NCBI GenBank assembly: GCA_000708835.1
Contig: DF237609.1
Span: forward strand, 1-45,829
Direction: 5' to 3'
Source of the DNA: Klebsormidium nitens
Lineage: Eukaryota > Plantae > Klebsormidiophyceae
Length of the DNA stretch: 45,829 nt
The translations under genes were made by a program, and so were the position numbers. This document shows positions 1 to 11,700 of the stretch, in pieces. Positions within the stretch are counted from its first letter, which is position 1, and each line of letters starts with the position of its first letter. The notes beneath the pieces were generated by a model. The model ran no database searches. It worked only from the letters and a program-made list of their open reading frames with translations, and had not been told where the DNA came from.

Positions 1-2651
1 TCTGGGCAACCAGTCAAGCCCATCGAAAAGCCGGCCTGCGAGCGAAGCGCGCGCGCACCCGCACGTCCGCTGAACCCCAAGTAAGAATCTTGAACACTAG
101 CTAGCGGAGGTCTCGCATCTCATTTCAAGCAAGGGCATCCGAGTCAGACCCGAACTTCGTGCATCACGGAGACTTTGCCGTAGAGAAGAGGAAATCAACT
201 GAAATCACGTAGGTGCCACGTAGGCTCTTTCTTGTGTCGTTAGGTGCCTGCTTGCGACATACTGGAGTACCGCATGTTACTTGTAACCCAGCTTCTCGGT
301 TTGCGGCATCAGGCGATCTGGCACTAAAGCCATCCAAGTGACTGAATTAGAGCCCGGCCCGGACTATCAGCCGTTCATCGCCGCCAGAAGATACTGTCCT
401 TTCAGTATTCTTGAAGCCCCACCAGCTGCGACTGAAATCTACCAAGGATGCGAGTTCATAAACATGCTCGCGCACAGCGTTCTGCAGATTTGGGGCGGGA
501 ACGTATCCGCGGACTACAACAAAAATAAGGGCTATTATGTAAGATGGGCAAAGGCATTTGAAATTCCGACCGTTCCGTTCCGATGGACGCTTCTCTCTAA
601 GCCCGGCGTTCCGACCAGTTTTAGCCACGGAAGACGGAATTTGGATACCGTCTTTATCTCGTGCAAGCACCTATGATCGGAGGAAGCGGAGAACTTCATC
701 CACCGGTCTGGAAGATGCTTGTTTGTGGAAGAAACAGTAAGTACTTTCAGTGTTTCTAGAGGTGACGAAAAACAGCGTCCATTCGCTCTTCCGTTGACGA
801 ATGACAGCAAACAGAGAAGGCCACCGGTAGCGCCGCTAGAGGCAACGCTCTCACAGCTGACACGAGGCGCACTGTCCAGAAATGGATAATCAAGGAGAGG
901 GGGAAAGGAGCGTTCGGTTATCTCTATCTTAAGCAAGGCCGAGTTGTTCTTCGGAAACGGAGGATGGGTAAGGAACTTCAATTCAAATTCAAACCAGCTG
1001 TCAGCATTGGCGCCGCAAAGAAGGACCATGCAAGATGCAGAGAACATCAATGAAGCCCCAACAGCTTCGAATCCTGAGAGGCCGCCGCGACGGGAGCTCG
1101 TTCGTGGTTAACATCACCAAAGTGCTTATTGACGAAGTACGTGATTCTTACGGCGGCTTACTCGCAGGTTTTATGTCGGGTGATAAAACCTATTGGCTTC
1201 CGTCGGTTACATCTCACATATTTCCACCTACCTAACAGATTCGGCGAGTTGAGATGGCTTCAGCAGTGCTTTTTAACAAGGGCCGCGGAGTGTGAGGTAA
1301 CTTTACCCCAGCAGGGCCGGGCTTTGGTCATCGCCATAATTTGGTGGGCGGAATTTGAGCTCGTGTGCAAGCCGGTTTTGGCCAAACTTAGCACTGAAGG
1401 ACCTCAGGACGGAGTGACTCGTCGGTCCATGAACCCGCGGTGATCGACAGATACATGGCATCGGCCGCCAATACGTGCGTGCTTCCGCGGGTTCAAGACC
1501 TTCGATCAACAAACAATTTCTGGCGGACGGGTACTTTGCGGTCGCTTTCGCGCGGTCATTGAAGCGACCAAGCGCCTGCGGGCGAAACGTGCACCCCATG
1601 TCGGAACTCCGAATTTGAACTTATACCTCGACCGTTCACATAGAAGAATGAGACGGGTAGTTGCCCGGCCAAATCGACTTTGGTGCAACGTCGGAATCAG
1701 ACCCGACCGTCATCATTTCCTGCCCAAGCATGGCCCGAGACGCACGGCCGGTAGACTTATTGGCCTGGCACTTGCTAAATGGTTTCTCTATAGCCTAGGT
1801 CTTCGCATTTTTTTTAGCCTTATATATGATGGCAAAGAATCCAATCCAGGCGGTCAGGGCAAAGCCCATCGAAGCAGCAGCAATTGAAGGAAAGAAAATC
1901 CATGTTGCGGACTGTCAAGGTAACTGCATTGGCCTTCAATATTTGCGCTGCTGTATCGTACCTGGTCTGAGGTCAGAGACGTCAGCCATGCGCTCATCAT
2001 TACCGACAAAGGGTAAGCACTACGGCTGCAATCACAAGTATATTGCAAATCATTCGCCTTAGGGCCATGCAGCCGTGACAGCGTTTAGCACGCGCTCTGA
2101 AGTAGGTGCCTTTTGTCGGAGCACCTGTTTGCGCATGTGTCTCACTTCAAACACCCTTGTCCGTATCGCATGAGACTGGGATTTTGGATATGATCAGCAC
2201 ATATTGCGGACGCGGTGTGAAAAACCTTGCTCAAGGACTGTAAAATTCAACCCAGGAATTAAGAGGGTCCCTAAGAGCACCGGAAACTGAGAATGCAGAA
2301 GGAAACGGACAAGGGTGACCCCCTGACACAGTTTTTCTGCATTGTCGGGCGCAGGCTATTTGCAACGGTTATTCGCAATCGATAAGGATCGTACCTGGAT
2401 TTCCGCTTTTAAGCACGCAATTGCCGAGACGACCAACTGATGGATATAACAGTATCTGCCCTTGCCTTTTCGCGAGCTATCTGCCCTTGCCTTTCAAAGC
2501 TACGAGATAAGAAAACCTTATTCCTGTAAAAACACTGTCAAGAAAAACCGAAACCCGTACCCTGAACCCTCGCCCCGGGACTCTTATTAACATCGACAAC
2601 CCCTTTGCATTTCGTTCCATAAGCAACATCTCGATCCTGCGCGAGCTTGGG

Positions 2652-2792
2652 CTACAAGATCTGGGGCCTGGACTGTACCACGGTGAACTTGCCATCCGCG
2701 TATACGCCCTCGATATCCTGCGGCACGCCGCCAAACGCGGCCTCGACCTCTTTCGCGATGCCGACAACGCCCTCGATGAGCTGGCTTTGGAA
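2652..2792 (-). CDS. GWD: GWD exon 17 (last; FQSQLIEG...QDIEGVYADGKFTVVQSRPQIL*)
   Basis: TTTTGCAG acceptor, TAG stop at 2654-2652, and the typical GWD C-terminus. Confidence 0.95.
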   Translation of the reverse strand, partial: FQSQLIEGVVGIAKEVEAAFGGVPQDIEGVYADGKFTVVQSRPQIL

Positions 2793-5700
2793 CTGCAAAA
2801 TGGAAGAAGGGAACGACTTAGCGATGCTCTTCGTACTCGAATGTGCTTTGTAACGGACAAGGCAAAGACTGCAACGAATCATCCTGAAACCCTCCATCGC
2901 TGAAGGCGGTCGGGGAATCAGCAAAAGCGGGGAAAGAAGCCTCGAAAAACCGACCGGTTATTCCGCCAGGACTTCATAACGAAACAGTGTTTGAGGCGAG
3001 TGCTTCGGTTCTCTCTGCCAAATTTACCTCAGGATCCCACAAGAGCTTCTCCGTGGTAGAGTCCAAGAGGTGCTCTTTCGCTTCTGGTTCTGGAACGCTG
3101 TCGTACAATCCGGCCCCCACAAAGCCAAAATTCCCGAATTACCCAATTTCTGGGTTGACCTCAGAACTTTGAGACTTCCCGACTGCAAATCTTACCTCAG
3201 GATCCCACAGAAGCTTCTCGGTGGTGTAGTCCAAGAGATGCACTTCCGCCTCCGGCACTTGAACGCTATCATAGAGACTAGCCCCCGCAAAAACCCAAAA
3301 ACCCTCCAATCAATCAATTTCCAATTTGATTTCAAAACGTTCAGACTTCCCGGCTGCAAATCCTACCTCTGGAAATTGGTTTCAAAACGTTCAGACTTCC
3401 CGGCTGCAAATCCTACCTTTGGAAATTGGTTTCAAAACGTTCAGACTTCCCGGCTGCAAATCCTACCTCAGGATCCCACAAGAGCTTCTCGGTGGTGTAG
3501 TCCAAGAGGTGGACTTCCGCCTCTGGCACTGGAACGCTGTCGTACAGCCCTGCACCCGCAAAGCCCTCCTGGTCCTCGCCGTTGGAATCAGAGCGCGCGA
3601 TGATGGAATTGTTGGCGGCAAGAAGGGCGATGCGCTTCGAGGGGAGCGACAAGATCTCTGCAAACGGAAATGAAGTGTCCAGTTTCAGTATATTTAAGAA
3701 TCGAGAAGCGCTTTGAGCCGGATCGATCCCTATCGTCGCTGTTGGAGTGAGCGCGCGACAAAGGAACCGTCAGCCGCAAGAAGAGCTGCGCGCCTCAATG
3801 GGAGCGGCCTTGCCTTGATTTAGCGCCGGTCGTGGCACTCGGACACACTGAACCGCTCACTGTTACATGAGAGGTGATGTAAAGGCAGCAGGTAAACAAA
3901 GCTGCGGATTTTGAAAGAGCGGCACACAATCAGTGGCAGAACGAGGGGTGTCGTTAGCTTAGAACCGTAAGGGACAGGAAGAGATAATCTGGATGGACTA
4001 AAGTGCAGCATCCCTTCAAATGTACAGGCCGCCCTTATTTGGGGAGGCTTACATAGGGATGACGTAACTCATATCCACCGACCAATCAAACGCTGCGAGC
4101 TCAGAAGCAAAATAGTCTCAAAAACGAAACTCTAAGATAGGACGGCCGATGGTCGATGCAAGATTACTTCAAAGACGGTAATTACAAGGCGCCATTCCTT
4201 TGCCTGTCTTTCGAACATGTAAACGGCCTCATATCCTGCCAACAACACTCTACGGCTTTACCTTATGTGCACACGTCATCATAGCCGCTGAAAGCGGCAC
4301 AACGAACAATTCCTTTGGGAATCGGTGCGTGTAAAAGCAACCACAATTTGGGCATGCAGAGCCTCAATTTGAGCAATGGAAGTGAGGAGGAACCTCGGCT
4401 CCAGCTCATCATTGGCTGTTGCATCACTTTCAAGTGAGAACAGCGACGCTAGACAACTGGGAACAGGCGCGCAACTAGGCGCAGCTGATGTGACAATGAT
4501 CAAAGAGTGCGATTGCGAGGAGACCAACTGCTTCCCGGGCCCGACTGCGTGTCAGGTCTCGCAATAAGCTGAGATTGATTGACACGGCTGTAGAAGGAAA
4601 GCGAGTTCAGCTTGCAGAAACCGACAGACCAGGCCGTCACATTCTTTGCGCAGCCCACCTGATCCAGCGGCAATGCGTTGGAAGTAACCAGTTTCTCGTA
4701 CCCCTCACTTGTCAGCAAGTTTTTACCCGTGAATTGCTTTTGAGAAACGCGTCTTCAGGGACAGTACAAGAACTGGACTTCGAAGGAGCGGTGCAGACAC
4801 GAACGGAGTCCTGGTTGGCTTGCTTAATTGATAACATTGGTTTTTGTTGTGTGAGGGGTGGTCTATCATTTTGGAGCCTATGGAAGTAAGACACTGAATC
4901 GATCTGACGGTGGCGTCGCGGGAGGTTTTGGTTGAGCACGCTGCTCAACGTAGATTCATCACGGCCACGCGGGAATGTGTAATTTAGCTTTGTCGATCTT
5001 AGTACATAACCTAATGACAGCCTGTTTTGAGAACCTCAATTTCCACCCATAATGCCCTCCAAAGTAGAGAGTGATCGTATGTATCAGCAACATTAACGAT
5101 GATAACTTCGGGGCAATGAATCTACGCTGCCAGGCTTACTGCTGAGGAGGTTCCCCGGGCGAGCTTGCAGACATCATTTCCAACCAGATAGGATGAAAAT
5201 AACCATTCTTGCACCGCAAGTCGACTTGCGACGAATCAGATGGTTGCGGTCAACGTGACAAGAAAATTCAACGCACGTCCTACGAGAGTCTTCCGACCCA
5301 AATCAACCGCTTGAACAAAGGTGAAGCAGATTGCATAACCACGTTGAAGCGGCATGTCGTTTCTACAATGAGATTACATACCCTAAAGCCACGCTTTCAA
5401 CAGAAGCCGTGGTAACATCTTTTCTGACCCCCTACCCACAAGGTGCTCCGGAAAGGGTTCAGAAACCTGGAAGCTCTTATGGGTGCCTGCTTAGTGGTAG
5501 TCAGTCTCGGTGGCACTCGGCAACTTTTATCCGTTGGACAACGGATCCAAGAGAAAGCGAGTCATTGCCACCTGCGCAAACCCTATTGTCGAGATGCCCC
5601 AGTTGAGCGGAACGTATAAAGAGCATTCCAACAAGTTGGCAAAGAGATTAAGAGACCAGAACCATTCAGGGAAGCTTCTTATTCACTTTGCCCGCAACAG

Positions 5701-8700
5701 CTGAAAAGGAACCTTTCGGCAAGCCAAGAACGTAAGGCTCTTTCTAGCGCGACAAGGATCCATATCTAGTGCTGAGAGCGGGCAAGAGAGCCGCAAGGAT
5801 GCGGAGCCGCAGGATGAAAATGTCGACCCACTTCGACGAAGGGTGCTATGAAAATCTTGCTGACAAGTTGTCTCAAAGCGCTTTGACCTCTGCTTCATTC
5901 TTCGCTGGGCCCTCGGTGAATGAACCCGTGCGAGTATGATGTAGAAACGTTTTTGAAGACTGAAACGAAGGGTTTGCTTGAAGTTGAATTGAAAGCCGCC
6001 ACCAGAACCAGTCTACCGTCCTGGCATCATGCTCGTGCAAAGGAAAATTGAGAGAACGCCTCATGTAAGCGACATCACTGCCAGGATGGGTTCGTCGTAA
6101 CAACTTATGCTTAACAGAATCTAGCCGTCACTGTCTCTACGAAACATTTCCAGTACAGACAGAAAGAACGACCAGCTGACGCCACTTGAACTCAAATAAG
6201 CTACGAGGAAGACGTAACATAGACAGTGAGCACCTTAGAGTTGGCACTCTGCAGGTTTGCAAAAGCGGGTAAGAACAGAAGCGACGTACTGAGGTGGAAA
6301 TGAAGGACAGCGATCTCATCTAGATCAATAGGGCGACGTGTCAGGAAGCACGGTGCCAGATAAGCGGACTCATCCGGGTGCTACAGATGGGTTTCACGTG
6401 TTTATGTCCACACGAATCTCAGACGATATCAGAGAGTGCATGCGCAACCTGATCCTCCAATGGCTTCACACTTTCTCAAGAAGGGCTGAGGTAAGCCTCA
6501 ATCCAAGGACATCCTTGCCAGTCACTGTCTACGCAAAGATCAGGGCGGATCAATTGGCTCTGCTTTGAAGTTGCCGATCAGTACCCAAATACATGGTCTT
6601 AACTTCAGAGTTGTGCTTGGCGTCAGGGCCAGAATGTTTGGGATATGTCAGCAGCTCTGCAAGGCCCCCTGACGCCGAAACCCAACCCAACCAACTACAC
6701 CCTTGGCCCCCTCAAGAATACGAATCATCCGTGCTGATCCCGTTCTGAATTTGGATGGCTTCTGGGTATGAGAACTTTTGAGGCCAAACCTCAAGCGAGC
6801 AACATCTTCGCCACTTCAAAGAACAGCCAGCCTAGCCGCCGTCTTCGTTGGAGACAGACTGATTGAAAACTACTCGTGCATCTTCTTCTTCAGATACGAC
6901 AGAAGAAGAAGCCTGCACAACTCAAGCTGTAGACCAAACGCCGGCTCACATCTCAAGCTTTTGGTGAGCAGAGAACTCACGCTAGGAGTGTTTGTCATTG
7001 CCACACTCAAAACGGCAGATTTGGAACAGCGGTGAATGCTGAGCCACACTCGGTACGGTGTCAATGCTCTCTTTCTGAAGCTAGGACAAATTCAGAATGA
7101 GCCCTCTCGTGATAAGGACCAACTACAGCCAAGGTTTCGCAGACGTTCAGGAAGGAAATCCAGCGACTTTAACCAACCAGCAAACATGGTCGAAGCAGCC
7201 AAGCGGCCATGCTCCGTAGGTTGGACCTCTGAACCGAACTTGGCAGAGTAAACACCTCATCCAGTGTTGATGGCTCAGATCGTCTCGTAGCTTGACACTA
7301 CCGCAAGCTTTTGCAACTGCTTCAAGAGCGTTTAAACAAGACCCGCTTGACGGCAACGGATACGGCTTTGCTTCACTGCAGCGACATCGTTACGACCAGA
7401 ATTCCAGGCGTCAAACCCGTTTAACGCCATACAACGCTTACTCAGAGACGGGCGGAGAGAAAACTGCCCATAACCAGAGACATGCTGCAAATTAGCAAGC
7501 TAACGACAGCGCGGCTCAAGAATATTAGAGTTATCCAAGAATGGGTGGGAGCGATGACACCCACAGGAATCTCATCGCCGCAGACTGTGAAACTTCGCTA
7601 GCTGAGGTGACACGAAGCTCAATAAGCGAGTCAGCAGATAGTCACGAAACCGCAACAAAACGAACGCGGACGCTGTCGAGCGCCCCATATAATGGCCAAC
7701 TTTCTTAAAGAGGTCAAAGGATACGCTGCCGACAGACTCCAACGGTGTAATATGCAAGCCGTGACACATCAAGAAATGTGGAAAACTGGCAAAAGATAGT
7801 CCACAACCCAGCAAAATGTCGGTACAGGTCTGGCAAATGTGCTAGGTATTATAAACTCAAAAAAACGGTGACCGACAAGGAAGCACGGTCCCTGGGGAAA
7901 AGAAAATTCCTGATCTAATGTTCGCAAAGCTTGAAAAAAACTCCTAACTTCATGCGAAACCCCTGACCCCAACAGGACTCCCATCGCAACAGAGATGCAT
8001 TGCCATTGTGGCTTCAAGCGGTCTTCGAGATGCCGTGGGGAGAGACCTCATCATTCGTCATCGCAGCCACTGTATCATTCGTTTTAAGATTCTAGCAACT
8101 TCCACACAAATACCACACACACCGTGCTGCAATCAAGCAACGCTCCAAGCAAACAAAGGCGACAAGAGGTGTCGACCGCAAGTATTGTGGAATCGTTTGC
8201 TCGCTTATTGCGTGTGACCATCTTAGAGAGGGTTCCGGTTGACAGCTCGCTTGGTAGATTCAGCCCAAAGAATTTCATCCGGACGCCTCTTGAAGAGGGG
8301 TCCGGATGAAATTCGGACCCCTCCACCGAAATTCTTAACGTTCATTTGGGTTGGATTAGTCGGTCAACGAGCCATTGGGGTAATTCCCAACCAGCACTTC
8401 CAGAGCCGAACAACAAAGAAGTCAACAAACCCGACCAGGCCAAACGCTCATAATGAGCAGGACCAACGAGACGTCCGAAAGCAAAATCCAGGGCAAAATC
8501 TAAAGCCTCACCAAGCTTCGCCTACGACAAGAAGCAACTTTTTGTTTGTGGGTAGTGCTGAACGCCACTCCGGGTAGCTACCCACCAGCACTCGAGCCCC
8601 ACCAAAAAGGTAACGTTTGGAAGAACTCACCGGGTAAACGACGAATCCCATTATGTGAGAGGAACTTAGAAAGCAAATTGCCAAGTCATGCAGGATCAAG

Positions 8701-11700
8701 GATCTCACCTAAGGTCCCGTCCTGATTGTAATTGAAGCTGAACGCCCGCCCCGGATCGCTGCCCACTAGCACCTCCCAAGTTCCTCCAAAATAGCAGCTT
8801 TTGATGCGATAATCGGGTTACATGCTGACCATGAATACGGAAAAAAGGAAGCCACAAACGCTCATGTCCAGTGCAAAGTCTCACCGGAGGTTCCGTCCTG
8901 GCTGTAAGTGAAGCTGAACGCATGTCCCGGGTAGCTCTCGACCAGCAGTTTTCGAGCCCCACCATAAAGCATCTTTTAGGAGAATAAATGCCCGATGCCC
9001 AACATCTGAGAGGATTTTAGAAAGCAGAAAGCAGAAAGCTAACTTGGGCAGCATCAAGGATCTCACCTGAGGTCCCATCCTGGTTGTAAGTGAAGCTGAA
9101 CGCGCGCCCCGGGTAGCTCCCGACCAGCACCTCCCCGAGCCCCGGCACCACCTCGCCGAAGATCTTGGACCGGTCGCCGGAAATGGGGTCCGCTGTGTGG
9201 ATGACGAACGCGTATTCCGCCGGAACGACCTTCTGCAGGAGCACCGCCATCTGGAGGGCGCCGTCGGGGGTCCCCCACGCGCGGCGGCTCAACCTGGAAA
9301 CCGGTTAGTGCTAATCAGCAAGGGTTAATCTTGGTTTAGGGTTGCGTAGTCACTGCCCCGCGTGCGGCGGCTCAACCTGAAAGACAGCTTAGGGCTGGTT
9401 AGTCAAGGTTCGCTAGCAGGGGCTACCCCATGCGCGGCCGCTCAAACTGCAAAACGGAATAAAGTTGTAACGGGTGGAGTTCCGGTCGTTGGCTGCTGAA
9501 ATTAGCAACAGCTTGTGCTTCCTTTCTTTGCAATCGGTTAAGCCGTTGGGCTGCCCGCACACAGCGGCTCAACCTGCGATGGCGGTTGACTTGAAATCGG
9601 TTTTGCTTCTGGTTGTTGGTATATAGAGCAGCACAGTCCTCGTGGTATTAGTGCAATCGCCTGAGTCGTCAGGTGTGGCGGGTCCAATCTGGATCACTAC
9701 GAACGGGTACAGTGACTGTAGTCCCGTCAACGCTGAGCGTTCCAAGTATCAAAGAAACATTTCTTTCCCCACCCCTCTTCTTCGCAAAGTCATTTGCAAA
9801 CTCAGAAAGCTTGCATGAACAAGCCGCTTTTTCAGGGTTTCCACAGAATATCTTCCTGCCGTTTCTTAGCAAAAGTTCACTGCTGAAAACCGGACTTATC
9901 CACTCCCCTCATTCTCACATCACAAAAGACACCCAATCACGAACATTACTTACCAGGCTCTGTCCGTCCATTTGCTAGCCCACCCTCGCCTACTCGCGCC
10001 CGAAACCGCCTGCCAGCCCGCATCCATCGGGAGAACTTGCTGCTACAAACCGACTTTACTCGCATTCCCTCTATTCTGTCTGCCATGGATACACATTTAG
10101 CGCGCAGTCACGAACGTTTCTTACCAGGCTCTGTCCGTCCATTTGCTAGCCCACACGCGGCAGATCGCGCCCCACGCCGCCTTCCAGGCCTCGTCCGACG
10201 CCCAAGCTCCGCTCTCCACGATCCCCGCAGCCTCGGCGACTCCTGTGACTTCCTTCCTCAGCGTTGCAAGCGCCGAGAGTTGCGTGGAAACAACCATGCG
10301 CAACTCGGAGAGCTCGGCCGGAATCCTGAACGGAAAACGGAAGCGCGGTTAGCGGACGTCTTTTTCCACAAGGTTGTTTCTGCGAGTTGCGTAACTTCCT
10401 TCCTCACACTTCGAAGCGCCAAAAGTTGCGTGCAGAATAACCATTCACAACTCGGAGAGCTCGGCCGGAATCCTAAACGGAAAACGGAAGCGCAGTTGGC
10501 GGACGTCTTTCTGCACGATTCGGATTGTTTCTGCGCCTTGCGTGATTTCCTTCCTCAGCGTTTGAAGCGCCGAGAGTTGCGTGGAGACAACCATTCGCAA
10601 CTCGGAGAGCTCGGCCGGGATCCTGAACAGAAACGGAAGCGCAGTTAGCTGACGTCTTTCCGCACGATTCAGATTGTTTCTGCGAGTTGCGTAGAAACAA
10701 CCATCCGCAACTCAGAGAGCTCGGCCGGAATCCTGAACGGAAAGCGGAAGCGCAGTTAGCGGACGTCTTTCTCCACGATGCCCGCAGCTTCGGCGACTCC
10801 CGTGACTTTCTTCCTCAGCGTTGCAAGCGCCGAGAGTTGCGTGGAGACAACCATTCGCAACTCGGAGAGCTCGGCCGGAATACTGAACGGAAAGCGGAAC
10901 GCACTTAGCAAACCTCCCAAGTGCTCGCGGCTTTGGCGAATTGCGTTTCGGTTTAAAGCGCCGACAATTCCGTCGAGATGACCTCTCGCAAGTCAGAAAA
11001 CTTGGCCGGAATCCTGAAGCGGACAGCACAAGCGGAGTCAGCGAGCGTCGCTGTCCACGCGGCTTTGTTGGTTTGCGTGACTTCATTCGTCAGCGCGTGC
11101 AGCGGCAAGAGTCACTTTGACGACAACCTCCCAAAGTTGACCAAGTACGACTGGAATTCTGACAGGAAAACAAAAATTTCCCCTTCGCGAACGTCGCCTT
11201 TACAGTTTAGGAGGCCTTGGCCTTGTTCCGTCACTTCCCCTCTCAAAACTTTCATTACCGTAAAATCCGTGGCAACGTCTTTGCAATCAAGAGAGCACGG
11301 CCGAAACTTTGGAGCACAAAGCCGAAGGGGTCAAAACCTGCGTCTACACAATGATCGACAAGTATCTGGTAGAACAAGTGGGAAAGGTGAGGTTGTTACT
11401 GACACCGCGCTCTGGTAAGCACGAAGTTTTGTACATCTCGACAGCACTCAATCGACTAAAATTGTCAATGTCCGATACACGAAAACCCTGAAGTATAGCA
11501 CGTTCAGGGACGCTTCAGATTCGAAAAGCCAAAAACAGACAGCGGATCCCGATGCTTTTGTAAGAGTCGCACATCAGCTAGACCATCTGCCTTCCACCGT
11601 TGAAACCTAGCAACGTTCTAGCGGACGGCCCAAGCCGTAAGTCGACGATAACAGTACGAGATTCAAGACTGGAAGACGTCCAAATCGCAGCGCTGAGCTC

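Noticed and set aside
10037-10648. 203-aa + strand ORF with internal repeats
   Set aside because: Antisense by-product of GWD exon 14 and its echo array.
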